A DNA stretch of 63,622 bases, the filler included, from Stramenopiles sp. TOSAG23-2 (Eukaryota), in assembly GCA_900128395.1 (NCBI GenBank). It is 30 parts of 30 records of this genome, joined end to end, with 100 filler letters (N's around TTAATTAATTAA, not from the genome) between each part and the next. Parts side by side here need not be neighbours in the genome. Positions count along the whole stretch, not along the records: positions 46,797 to 48,815 come from LT652116.1; positions 48,916 to 50,933 come from LT652117.1; positions 51,034 to 53,051 come from LT652118.1; positions 53,152 to 55,168 come from LT652119.1; positions 55,269 to 57,284 come from LT652120.1; positions 57,385 to 59,397 come from LT652121.1; 24 more parts are not named here. One strand, 5' to 3'. A program made the translations under genes and the position numbers. The notes under the pieces are model-generated. The model was not told the origin of the DNA and made no database searches. It saw only the letters and a program-made list of their open reading frames with translations. Positions 47,887 to 59,497 of this stretch are shown here, piece by piece; the first letter of the stretch is position 1, and every line of letters starts with the position of its first letter.

Positions 47887-48815
47887 TTACTCTTCAACTT
47901 TTCCATCTTCTTTTGATTCATCGCCTTCCCCACCTTTTAATCCACCAAGTGATTTCAATCTATAAATTTCACTTAGTATTTTTCTAAATTCAATCCATGC
48001 TGCATTTACATTTTTCATTGTGGTATCATCTTGTGCTAATCCGATAACTGACTTCACTTCTTCGTATAATTCTCTAGCTTTTGATACATCGAGATCTGTC
48101 ACGGTTCTAGATTTCTTTTGTCGCCCACCTGCTTTGGTCATTGATGGTGGTGCTGGTATAGCAATTTGATCTAAATCGTCCAATGTGATTGGTATTGAAT
48201 TATCATACGGACGCCATGCTTGATCTAATAAATTCAACATTTGCTGAGGATCTGTTTTTGGTATTACTAAACCTTTAACAGATCCTTTTGTATGCCACTC
48301 ACCAGATTCTTGTTTTGCACTATTTTCAGTGCTTTGCTCATATGCTTTACGTAACATAGCACTTTCATCAATCATTCGTGAAGCTCTTGAATCCATATTA
48401 TCATTTGAAGATACTTGCATACCAAAGTCTTGCACTACTTTCACAAATGCATCAACATTTATGCCTTCATGACTGTTGTCTCTACCAGATAAATTCACTG
48501 CTTGACGATACATTACTGTAATCAATTCATCACTAAAATCTGGAGGTGTCTTCATATGTTTACTATGCATTAGACTATAAAATTCATCAAATGTCAATAC
48601 ATTATCTAAATCAACATCGCCAGCTCTAAATAACTTTCTTAATTCAACTTCTCTGTTTTCTTGCAATTCAGACCATTCATTTAAAAGTACACTTAACGCT
48701 TTATCTGTATCAATTGCACCATCTGTATTTACTAATTCTCGAATCCGCATTGTTATAATTGCTAATTTCTCCTGAGACATGCCTAACCCATAATCACCAT
48801 CGCCATCACCGTCAC
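47887..48815 (-). CDS. EF-hand protein, C-terminal part
   Basis: LFRAGDVDLDNVLTFDEF and a second degenerate EF-hand, GINVDAF. Confidence 0.85.
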
Positions 48816-48915
48816 NNNNNNNNNNNNNNNNNNNNNNNNNNNNNNNNNNNNNNNNNNNNTTAATTAATTAANNNNNNNNNNNNNNNNNNNNNNNNNNNNN
48901 NNNNNNNNNNNNNNN

Positions 48916-49127
48916 ATTTTTTCTTGTACGAATACTCAATATGTGTGTTCTTTTTTTTTTTATTAATAATAATATTTTTATATTTTTATAAATAAAAATA
49001 TAAAAATAAGTGATGGTAAAATATAAATATTTTTAAAAATAAAAAAAAGTAAATTCTTTTAATCTCGGTATTATACTCTTACGACGAATGTCCACCACAC
49101 ATATTGAGTATTCGTACAAGAAAAAAT
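48916..49127. repeat. Perfect 32-bp inverted repeat with a 148-nt spacer
   Basis: 48916-48947 is the reverse complement of 49096-49127. Confidence 0.92.
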
Positions 49128-49207
49128 ATTAATTTACGTACATTATGATATAATATATAATATATATATTCTTACTTCGTATATCATTTTTTATGAATTA
49201 GACTTCT

Positions 49208-50933
49208 TCATCGTTTCCCTCTGGATGATTTACCTCTTCCACCACGTCCTCTTCCACCACGTCCTCTTCCACCACGTCCTCTACCGCCGCGTCCTCTTCC
49301 ACCGCGTCCTCTACCACCTCCACCTCTGCCCCGACCACTACTATTTCCATTCGTTTGCTTGTTGTTACTATTACTATTTTTACTTTTACCACCTTTTCCA
49401 CCACGACTATTAGTATTGTTTCCACCTCCGCGTCCACCTCTACCTTTTTTACCACGATTTGATTTATTATTACTATTTTTATTATTGTTGTTGCTAGTAT
49501 TAGTATTATTTGTATTATTGCTACTTTTATAATTATTTTTCTTATTGTTATTCCTATTGTTGTTGTTGTTGCTAGGTTTCTGTCTATTATTATTAGAAGA
49601 TCGACTATTATTATTATTATTATGACCACTATCATTGCGATTATTATTGTTATTATAATTATTATTATTTGTAGTTCCAGATTTCTTACTATTATTACGA
49701 GACGAAGAAGATCTAAATTTGTTTGGAAATTTAAGCTTTAAAATATCCATAACGTTTGGTGCGACTTCATCAATTTGTTTCACAATGGTCCATTGATTTG
49801 GTGGCAATGATATATGATTCATATCAGTACAACGTAATGGTTCATTGATATCAAACATATACAATGTTCCAATTAACGCTGGTTTGACCCCTTCAATTTG
49901 TGATTTTAAATAACTCATGCCAGATTTGGATTTACCCATTTGCATTAAGCTCATCCCCATCATACCACCATCTTGGCAACCAGCAAGATAACTAAATAAA
50001 CCTTCGTCAGCTGCTAAACGTGCAATTGTACCATTTAAATCTTCAACAGTAAATGCTAACATAACACCATGATTATTTTTCTTATTACCTTCTACTATTT
50101 CCATATTTTGTATTTTTAAAGGTATTTGTGTGTTTTTTTTCGTTTTCACAGTTTTTAAATCTTCAAAAAGCGATATGAAATCTGGCAAAGCATTTAAATT
50201 TAAACGTTCACTTGCTTCAATAGCCTCTTCTACTTTTTGTTCAACTGATTTCTTTTTCTCATGTTGTTTTTTAACATTGTTGCTTTTATATCCACCCCCT
50301 CGATTTTGTTCCCTTTCCAATGCTTCTGCTTTTAATTGCTCAGCAGTTTTACGAGCAAATCCACCACTAACCATCTGTGTCAATGATGGACCATTGTAAT
50401 TTGATTTTGGTGGTTTAAATACTATTTCTTCAGCAGATGATGATGATTGTGGTGCTTTTGGTGGTAGTAGTAGTTGTTGATTTTGCTCGCCTTTCTTTAA
50501 TTTTTTGGAATTATTATTATTATTATTATTATTGATGGATGATTTTTTACTACTATTGGTAGCTTTCATTTTTTTCACGCCAATTTCAAATGGTGGTGGT
50601 CCACCACCTCGTTTACCTACAATCGATATCCCAGCACGTTTCGCTGCATCCATTTGTTCTTTTAATTTCCATGATTCAATTAAATCGCTTACTTCACCCC
50701 CTAATATCTTAATATTTTGTGAATTCAATAATAATTTTCCATTTCGAACAAATATATTGCCAAGTAATAACACTTTTGTACCTGGCGGTGTTGATAAATT
50801 GATTTTTTTCAACGATTCATATTCTACACCAGTTACTTTCAAAATTGAATCTGTCATCGTTACACGTAACATTCGACTGCCGCCACCATCACCATGTTGG
50901 TTATAGGTTGGCTGTGAGATATTATCCTATGTA
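49208..50933 (-). CDS. TDRD3/RMI1-type N-terminal OB-fold protein with C-terminal RGG repeats, 5' truncated
   Basis: RMLRVTMTD...GVEY...TPPGTKVLL...NGKLLL...LGGEVSDL...GPPPF; (RGRGG)n tail. Confidence 0.88.
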
Positions 50934-51033
50934 NNNNNNNNNNNNNNNNNNNNNNNNNNNNNNNNNNNNNNNNNNNNTTAATTAATTAANNNNNNNNNNN
51001 NNNNNNNNNNNNNNNNNNNNNNNNNNNNNNNNN

Positions 51034-52013
51034 GTACCATTCCAGTACCTAAACCATCACATGGACAAGTTTTAGTACGTGTGGTTGCTGCACCAGTAAA
51101 TCCATCTGATTATGGTAAATGGGCAAGGCCATCTGAAAATGATAAACCAAGTATTGCTGGTCTTGAAGGGTCAGGTGTAGTCGTAGCATCAGGTGGTGGA
51201 TATACAGCAAATGGTATGATTGGAAAAAATATTGGTTTTGTAAATGTTAAAAATGGTGGAACATATCAACAATATGTTATTGTCGATGCAAGTTTTGGGG
51301 CGTTTCCATTACCATCGACATTAAAATGTGAAGATGCTGCGTCACATTTTGTAAATCCATATACTGCATGCGGTTTTATTGATACAGTTCGTAAACGTCA
51401 TACTGGTAATAGCTCTAATGTTGGATTTGTTCATACAGCAGCATGTTCCCAACTTGGACAAATGTTAATTAAATTAGCAAAAGAAGAAAATGTAACATTA
51501 ATCAATGTTGTACGTAGAAAAGAACAAGTTGATATATTAACAAAGATAGGTGCAGAAAATATTATTAATACAAGTGATGCGGATTGGAAAGAACAACTTG
51601 GAAATAAAATGAAAGAATTAGGTATTAATGTTACCTTTGATGCTATCAGTGGGGAAATGTCTGGTATTTTAACCGGGTTACTACCAAATGGAGGAACACA
51701 CTTTGCATATGGAACATTGGGTGGACGTACGTGTGAAGGTGTTTTAATGACTGATTTAAGTTATAATAAAAAAAAATTTGAAGGATGGTTATTAACAAAT
51801 TGGATATTAGAACATGGTAAAGGTTTATCAACATTAATGCGTATTAATGCTGCAACGAAAACAGTACATCGTGGTTTAGAAAATAATGGATGGAGTTCTT
51901 CGAAATATTTGGATTGTAAATTAGACAATATGTGGGAAATGTTTCTTGATATGAAAATGAAAAGTGGGTTTACCGGAAAGAAGTTGCGAATACGATTTGA
52001 TCAAGAAGAATAG
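51034..52013 (+). CDS. MDR-superfamily NAD(P)H oxidoreductase (quinone/enoyl reductase-like), 5' truncated
   Basis: AAPVNPSD, GLEGSGVVV, FVNPYTA, HTAACSQLGQML, INVVRR. Confidence 0.92.
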
Positions 52014-52197
52014 AGAGAGGGGAGTGAGGAGAGGGGAAAAAATACGGTTTGTACGTTCGTACTCGTGGGAAATGTTTCTTGATATGAAAATGAAAAGTGG
52101 GTTTACCGGAAAGAAGTTGCGAATACGATTTGATCAAGAAGAATAGAGAGAGGGGAGTGAGGAGAGGGGAAAAAATACGGTTTGTACGTTCGTACTC
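51932..52197. repeat. Exact 133-bp tandem duplication of the MDR gene 3' end
   Basis: 51932-52064 is repeated from 52065. Confidence 0.93.
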
Positions 52198-52290
52198 TGC
52201 TAAAAAAAATGTTTTTTTATTATATTTTTTTTAAATAAAAATTTTTTATAAAGAGTTATTTTTACCCCCTTTTCTTTCTTTTTACGTAAT

Positions 52291-53051
52291 TTACAAATCA
52301 TCTCTTGGATATTGAAATGGTAATGTTCTAAACTCCTGATCAATCCATTTATTTCTTAATGGATTGTTTGATGGGGATGTACTTTGTTTCATAAATGATA
52401 TTGGTGCTATGTTCCCACCTGTATCTTTTGCATTTGCTAATTGGGATAAAAAGAAAATTATATTACCACTTGGATCATCAACAAAATATAACCATTTAGC
52501 AAATTGAAATGATGTATTTTCACGTAATTTTGGTTTAAAAATATGTTCACGTACATATAATAATTCATAAAAATTTAAATCATTTGATAATGGCCTTGCA
52601 TATAATAATCCATCTTGATTTGTATTTAATTTAATAATAAATACACCATATGCTGGATGACGATATGTACCAACATATCGTTGTAATGATGATGATGGTG
52701 ATTGTAATAATTTTTTTCTTCTTGTTAATCGTTGTCGTCGTCTTTGTCGTTGTTGTTGTCGACCAGCAATTGGATTATTATGATTACCATTTTCTTCTTC
52801 TTCTTCTTCCTCTTCCATTATTATTCTATTATTATTACTATTATAATTATTATTGAATAATTCACTTGATTCTAATAACATACGTTGATGTAATTCACCA
52901 GTATTATCATTATTAAAAAAAATGGTATTAATAATTTCTCGAATAGCGAATACTACATTAGCAGCACCATTATATTTATTATCAATCGCAAAAATGCCAA
53001 ATTCAAGATCTGGTATTAATAATATAAATGATGAAAAACCATACATAGCAC
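52291..53051 (-). CDS. C-terminal part of a beta-lactamase-like serine hydrolase (DUF3471-like tail)
   Basis: YGFSSFILLIPDLEFGIFAIDN and YVGTYRHPAYG. Confidence 0.7.
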
Positions 53052-53774
53052 NNNNNNNNNNNNNNNNNNNNNNNNNNNNNNNNNNNNNNNNNNNNTTAAT
53101 TAATTAANNNNNNNNNNNNNNNNNNNNNNNNNNNNNNNNNNNNNNNNNNNNGTATATTTTGTATAAGTTCTTCTATTTACGTGTTATTTGAAATTATTAT
53201 AAGAATTATTGAATAATATATATAATATATATATGAAATATTATATCAATCTTTTTTTTGTTGTGCGTGCATCACCTGCTGTGCTTGTATGTTGTTGATT
53301 TCCAGGAGGATTTCAGTAGTGATCATTGATACTTGATACAGTGCATGTGGCAACATCTATTTGTATACTAACAAGTATCATAGTATATATATAATAGAGC
53401 GTTTCCTAGTTATAATATACAGTACAGAAAATCTCTATTTCTGCCTTTTATTTTCCCGGCCAATCTTGCAATAGATCTATAATACCAGGTAGACGACTAT
53501 AATTCGGCTAATGTGGAAAAAACGGCTGATTTCATGATGTCCACATCTCTGGGATCTCGTTGATGTTTCATGTGTACAGTATACTGTATGTGACGAGCAT
53601 CTATACTGCACGACAGTTACCACCAAGGCAATAATAATAATATTTATATTAAACGTAATATCATGTACAAATATATATATATATATATATAATACACAAA
53701 TAGACTGGTTACACACATATAATATTATATATATATATATATATATATTTGAAACAAATTTTCGTTTAAACAAT

Positions 53775-55003
53775 TTGTTTTTATATTACGATCAAAATTT
53801 TGAGAACTCTTTGATAACTTCAACGACGCAATTATACAAATGGCCCTCACAAGTGATACAAAAAGGCACAAGTGATAGCGTTGCTACGCAGCAAACTGAA
53901 AAAAAATCTATATCATCTTTAATTTACAATCCAGCATTTCATCAATTAGTTAGTGCGGAGACAGATACAGGGAAGAAACCACTAGTTTGGAACATTGAAA
54001 CAGGTGCATTGATGACTGCGTTTGCTGATCTTCATGACCAGTCACCAATTACAGCAATGGAATTTGATAAAGGATCACGAAGGTTAATTACTGGGACACA
54101 TAATGGAGACAAAGTACTAGTATGGAATTTTGGAAATTCTAGGTTATTAAAAAAGCTGGTAAAAGTTCCGCAGAAAAAAGCAATTGAGGAGGAAGAAAAA
54201 CAAGAGATGCATAGCGTTTTAAAAAATCAGCTGCAACAAGCATCCATGTACATGCCAGGTAGCTCATACATAAGTTTAGATGGGAATGAGGATGAAGATG
54301 ATTTAGAAGAGCGAAGTGCGAAATTAGGAAGCCTTTCCCATGGATCATGGCAAATGAGTACGCGTAAAACCATGATGCACTCATTAGACAATCGGGGCAA
54401 TAGGGATAGTAGCTCAATGACGAGATTCCAAAAATTAGAACCCGGCATACCTCATTGTCGATGTATTTGTTGGATTTAGAACGTGAACATGAATTGGAAC
54501 TATTTCAAAAATTACATGAAAGCTATGAAAATTCCGAGGAGAAAGATGAAAGAAGAAACACGTATATTTCCACGTTGATGGATACGGAGGACCAAGGCAA
54601 TGAAATTGATGCAGATGAGGAGGAAGAGAATAATGTCAAACTGAAGGATGGTGATAATAAAATTGAACAATTGATGCTTGCTGAAAAAATACAACCGTTA
54701 AACGCTTTGATTGAAAAAGATGCCGATGCAAGAAACATGATTGAAACTTCGAAGCAAAAATATGGAAAAAAATATGTACGGACTCCTTTTGATATAAATA
54801 GTATTTCAACACCAAAATTATATGCAATACGCCAAGACAGGCGAAGAAAATTTGATCCTGTAGAAATTCCAAGTAGACTGGAAGATCTCGAAGTGAAAAA
54901 AGGTGAAAAGATAAGCTTAAGCGAAACATTTCGAAATAGAAGGAAAAAGGGAAAGAATAAGGTGGACAAATTTGAGCTCTTTAGTAGGCAAATTTTCTCT
55001 TAA
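53775..55003 (+). CDS. WD40 protein fragment (WDR64/WDR49-like); two abutting ORFs, gene structure uncertain
   Basis: IYNPAFHQLVS, VWNIETG, ITAMEFDKGSRRLITG, VWNFGN; frame change near 54460. Confidence 0.65.
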
Positions 55004-55603
55004 AAACATCACAGTGCGTATTTTTTTAAAATACTTACACTCGTACGAAGTTTCGTATCATATATATTATTAATGTATTTTATACGCGTACATCATATCA
55101 ATATTAAAATATTTTTTAATCGTCACTGGAAGACCATCTAAAGCCACATGTTTTACATTTATATTTGGNNNNNNNNNNNNNNNNNNNNNNNNNNNNNNNN
55201 NNNNNNNNNNNNTTAATTAATTAANNNNNNNNNNNNNNNNNNNNNNNNNNNNNNNNNNNNNNNNNNNNGGAAATTAGACCCAACGAACCTCACAGAGTGA
55301 AGACGGACACTTGTCCTAGAAAATTTCGTCAGGTTTTGAAGATTGTTTCACGTCGTTCGACGTCTATGATTTCAAATGATACACAATCACAATCACAACA
55401 CTCGCCTTCGCAGTGCTATTGATTGTTTTTATTGTATGGTTGTGGATGAGAATAATAAACTCTTCTTCCAGATACGTAGTTTATTATAATACTAAGAGAC
55501 CAGCTGCTCTATAGAAATGAACCAAATGGGTATTACACAATTCTTATTATGTACGATAAAAATCCTTCGCCGGCAACAATGCAAGAGTGTTTCATTTAGA
55601 TTT

Positions 55604-56602
55604 CTATAACTCGACGTTGTTACTAAAAGGGGGCCATTTCTTAATGGCTTGGTTAATAGCTTGTACTAAAGCACCTGCCGATTTCGCTTCAATTATATTT
55701 GTCTCACCTATCCGACGCCATAAATCGTATGATTGTGATAGATTGTCACAAACTAAAAATGGGTAAACAATATTCGTTCCTTCAAAATATGATGCGAGCA
55801 TCGGACTGCCACCGGGCACAGCCACCATTATCCGAGCTACTGAGTGGATCGCCACCTGTAGTGTATTATAATCGTAGTCAGAGTATTCCATAATTAGCTC
55901 ATTGAAGTCTTTAACATTTTGATGCCGATTAATTAATTCTTTGTTTGCCACTAGTGCTTCTGCAAGAGTGGGGATTTTCTCTTTCCGAGTGAACTGTTCT
56001 TCCCTAAAATGGTGTTCATCAAAATCTATTGTATAAGATTGAATGCTGCGATCAGCATGGCCGATGTAGATGACTGTATAATTTTGGAGCATGTCTAAGA
56101 TGTCTGATAAAACACTGGTACTTATACTTGGTAGAGTTTTTTCTTTCCCACATGCCCCAGTTGCCTTGTTGTGGATAATTACTAATGGTCGAAGATGATG
56201 AAACTCCGTTGTATCTAAGACTTTACGGAGAAGTGGTGGTTCCCACATTCTGTAGTCCAAAATTCCCAAGTTTATGTTGTAATTTATACCTGATTTTGTT
56301 GAAACGGATAATGCAGTTCCAATTCTTTTCTGTGGTGTAATGCGCTCAAATTTGTGTTGTGCAAAATGATAAAAACATTCCATGCCCTTGAACGACCTTA
56401 CTAATTTTAGTTTGCCTATTTTGTTTAAATAATTAGCATATGGAACTAGCAAGGCAATTTCGTATGTAAATTCCGTAATAGCTTCGACAATAATTGAATT
56501 ATTTGGACTGTTGTGAACTTCAGATATAACGTCTGAAACAGTGGAAGCAAAAAAAACGCACAGGGTGATGGTGCGGAAAGTATGAACATGCATTTTTGTC
56601 AT
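55604..56602 (-). CDS. Putative glycosyltransferase-like protein with an N-terminal signal/anchor
   Basis: EFTYEIALLVPYANYL, WEPP, PLVIIHNK, YNTLQV, VAVPGGSPMLASYF.GTNI; family resemblance from memory. Confidence 0.6.
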   Translation of the reverse strand: MTKMHVHTFRTITLCVFFASTVSDVISEVHNSPNNSIIVEAITEFTYEIALLVPYANYLNKIGKLKLVRSFKGMECFYHFAQHKFERITPQKRIGTALSVSTKSGINYNINLGILDYRMWEPPLLRKVLDTTEFHHLRPLVIIHNKATGACGKEKTLPSISTSVLSDILDMLQNYTVIYIGHADRSIQSYTIDFDEHHFREEQFTRKEKIPTLAEALVANKELINRHQNVKDFNELIMEYSDYDYNTLQVAIHSVARIMVAVPGGSPMLASYFEGTNIVYPFLVCDNLSQSYDLWRRIGETNIIEAKSAGALVQAINQAIKKWPPFSNNVEL

Positions 56603-57384
56603 TTGAAGAACAAATACGAGTATTCAGATACATATTGTATTCACCAGACTGGGTGATATTTACTAGCGGTGTGTCTATAGATTCCCAGTTTGAGCAAAAA
56701 TAACCATTTTCGTTGGGTACTGATGTTTCTTTTTTATAAAGTGACCTTTTTGTATCCTTTTTAACTACAGCTGCGTCGTCATTTCTACACCGTCTTCCAC
56801 TACTATATCTGCACCATTTTCGCTTTAGACCCTCTTTTTTCTGTCCCGGTATCTGGCGTAAACGCGAAGCTCTATACTTTTTTTTCTGGAAAATACCACC
56901 ATATCGTGCATCAATAAAATCCATCACACCCATCATGAACTCACTAGAATGCATCTTTGTTACGCCAGCCCGTTCTTCGTACTGGCCAAGTAGCCCCTCG
57001 ATGCCACCGACTCCCAAACATGCGTCCATGGTTCCAAAGGAGTGGTCTAAATAGGCCGGCGGGCCAAATCTAAAGTTCCCGCAGTTTCCAGTTTGGTGAA
57101 CGTTAGGCTACCATTTACTAAGGTTTTTTTGGCACTTAAACAAGCGCAACATATCGCCCTGGTCGGTGGAAGTTAGTAGTGCAGAAATGGTCTTACCTTT
57201 GCGAAGTACAAAAAAAAAACTTTTGCAATTATGCCATTGCAAAGTTGACCCACTCCACAATGTTGTTGATGCAAATCAAATGGTNNNNNNNNNNNNNNNN
57301 NNNNNNNNNNNNNNNNNNNNNNNNNNNNTTAATTAATTAANNNNNNNNNNNNNNNNNNNNNNNNNNNNNNNNNNNNNNNNNNNN

Positions 57385-57435
57385 AGAGAATACAGTAAAA
57401 CTTGTCCATCTTGTCGTATTTGCCTTGATGGTTAA
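57385..57435 (+). CDS. C-terminal end of a RING-finger protein
   Basis: REYSKTCPSCRICLDG followed by a stop. Confidence 0.6.
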   Translation, partial: REYSKTCPSCRICLDG

Positions 57436-57654
57436 ATATAAATGCATTTTATAAAAAATGAAATATTTTATTAATATTTATAAATTTGATATTTATTTTT
57501 ATAATATAAGTTATTTTTTAAACGATAAAATTAGGTGGTAAACCGGTTATTTGCCTACAAAAACTCAACGTAAAGGAACGGCACGGCGCCGAATGATTTA
57601 AGTAAAGTCTCTTTCTCCCTCTATATGTTTCTATATACGTATAAAACACTTTCT

Positions 57655-58593
57655 TTATCTTTCCATCTCCATCTCCTCTGGTTGCCCGGCAGCTTCCAAA
57701 ATACTTTTAAAACCGCCACGTTTCATTGTATATTTTCTTCCTGCATCAATCATTGCAACTCCAGTAAGTGGTTGAGCTGGAGCACAGGAACAGCATTTGC
57801 AACTTACTGGCAATCCACGATAAAACATCGGTAATATGGATACTAATGCTGGTGCATGTTTGGTTGGATCATTCATTTTTACCGTATATCGTATAGGTTG
57901 ACGCTGTGGGAAACAGCAGCAACAATCAATACGAAGAAGTTGGTGAATTTCACCTACTTCATTTTTACCATCTGGAGTCACCAATGTCTCTTTCAAAACG
58001 ATAAAATTGTTATTAGTACACCATGCACAACAATCCATACAAAAGGCAACACATTCGCCGCAAGGTGCGCATAGAAAAAAGCAACAATTGATGCATGTTA
58101 CCTTTTTCCGAATTGCATAAACAGCATTTTTGTCGGCATCATAGAAATTCTGAATGGTTCGTTCCCCACATGGGCAACAACAATTCTTACACCGCACACA
58201 ACACCCTTGCGCAACAGTCTGTCCAGTTGAATATCCAATTAATGTTTTTTCACCATTTTCAACATATTTGATGTGCCAATGATCTCTGCAACATGGGGGT
58301 CCACACGTACAATTGTTGTAGTACACCAACTCTTTGTTGCCCTTTGCTGTGTATTTAAACCATTGCTTCCACCAGCAAAAACTCATATAACATTGTTCTT
58401 TACAATTTGGTGGATTCAACATATACGGTTCACCATTGTATAAAATACTTTCTTCCATATCTAGTTTCCACTGATTTTGCTCTGGAGCTACAGATGTTTG
58501 TGCGACTGGAAGTGGGTTTACGACCATAGCCCCACTAATGCTGCTTTTACGACCCGACCTTCTTCTATTTGGTAATTCATAATTATCTGACAT
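57655..58593 (-). CDS. Cys-rich phospholipid scramblase-like protein
   Basis: Multiple CC clusters, IGY, YAIRK, EVGEIHQ; beta-rich scramblase/tubby-like pattern. Confidence 0.6.
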   Translation of the reverse strand: MSDNYELPNRRRSGRKSSISGAMVVNPLPVAQTSVAPEQNQWKLDMEESILYNGEPYMLNPPNCKEQCYMSFCWWKQWFKYTAKGNKELVYYNNCTCGPPCCRDHWHIKYVENGEKTLIGYSTGQTVAQGCCVRCKNCCCPCGERTIQNFYDADKNAVYAIRKKVTCINCCFFLCAPCGECVAFCMDCCAWCTNNNFIVLKETLVTPDGKNEVGEIHQLLRIDCCCCFPQRQPIRYTVKMNDPTKHAPALVSILPMFYRGLPVSCKCCSCAPAQPLTGVAMIDAGRKYTMKRGGFKSILEAAGQPEEMEMER

Positions 58594-59062
58594 GTTGTAA
58601 ATATATATATTAGCATATATATGTATGCATACGTAAATGTATGTATTATATATATATATATATCATCTTGTTTGTTTTTTTATTGTTCTCTTTTATTATT
58701 ATTAATTATTATTATTATTATTGCATATTGCACTATAATTATTATTATACTGGTATTTATAGTTATATTATTATTACAATAACTTATTATTAATATTATT
58801 ACCAGGTACCAGGTATTATTAGCGCCGCTTAACAAAACTTACACTTTCAACTTAAGAAAGAGGAAAGGCTGTAATGCTATAATGTAATGGCCATTTTTGT
58901 ATTTTTTTTATATGAATATCCAATTTTCTTCAAATATTCGTCCGCATTTGACAAACCTGGTCCATTGTATTCACCTGCTAACGTGGTATACACTACATAG
59001 CACGGTAATGGTATTACTATATTATCTATGTTTATTTGTCAAAATCGAGAATCCATTTCGTA

Positions 59063-59131
59063 CTTATGATTTATATGATCTTATGATTTATATGATCTTA
59101 TGATTTATATGATCTTATGATTTATATGATC
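59063..59131. repeat. 17-bp tandem repeat (CTTATGATTTATATGAT)x4
   Basis: Four exact copies. Confidence 0.95.
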
Positions 59132-59170
59132 CCGATTTTCGGTACAAATTTGTTAGTAATATACTTAAAC

Positions 59171-59397
59171 ACTTAAACACTATGTTTAACTGTTTAACTA
59201 TCAAATACACAAATTAATCCAAAACAATCACACTCGAAATTTATTGAGTTCATCGCTGCGCGCTCATTATTTAATACATGTTAATGTATGATTTATGATG
59301 GGCTGTAGGCTGTAGCAGGGAAGAACGAAAGGAATCGAGTATGAAAACCTGAAAACCGATTAATTTGTGTATTTGATAGGTAATATAGTGTTTAAGT
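59171..59397. repeat. Imperfect inverted repeat
   Basis: ACTTAAACACTAT and CTATCAAATACACAAATTAATC (59171-59219) are mirrored at 59358-59397. Confidence 0.85.
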
Positions 59398-59497
59398 NNN
59401 NNNNNNNNNNNNNNNNNNNNNNNNNNNNNNNNNNNNNNNNNTTAATTAATTAANNNNNNNNNNNNNNNNNNNNNNNNNNNNNNNNNNNNNNNNNNNN

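Noticed and set aside
48916-49127. 32-bp perfect inverted repeat as a transposon end
   Set aside because: It is perfect, sits exactly at a contig start and shows no target-site duplication, so it cannot be told apart from an amplification or assembly fold-back.
49198-49635. Hydrophobic I/V-rich alternative-frame ORF, and similar antisense ORFs throughout the window
   Set aside because: They are shadow frames of poly-Asn, RGG or acidic tracts in real genes.
51964-52146. 61-codon ORF repeating the MDR C-terminus
   Set aside because: It is a by-product of the 133-bp duplication.
1191-52197. Exact tandem duplications of 123, 158, 140 and 133 bp (at 1191, 1642, 42739, 51932)
   Set aside because: They are fully identical, of read-length scale and have arbitrary boundaries, so assembly or gap-closing artefacts are most likely. 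Reads spanning both copies would be needed to accept them.
59063-59131. 17-bp and 7-bp (41220) tandem repeats as CRISPR or telomeric repeats
   Set aside because: There are no spacers, few copies, internal positions and no telomere-like G-rich unit.
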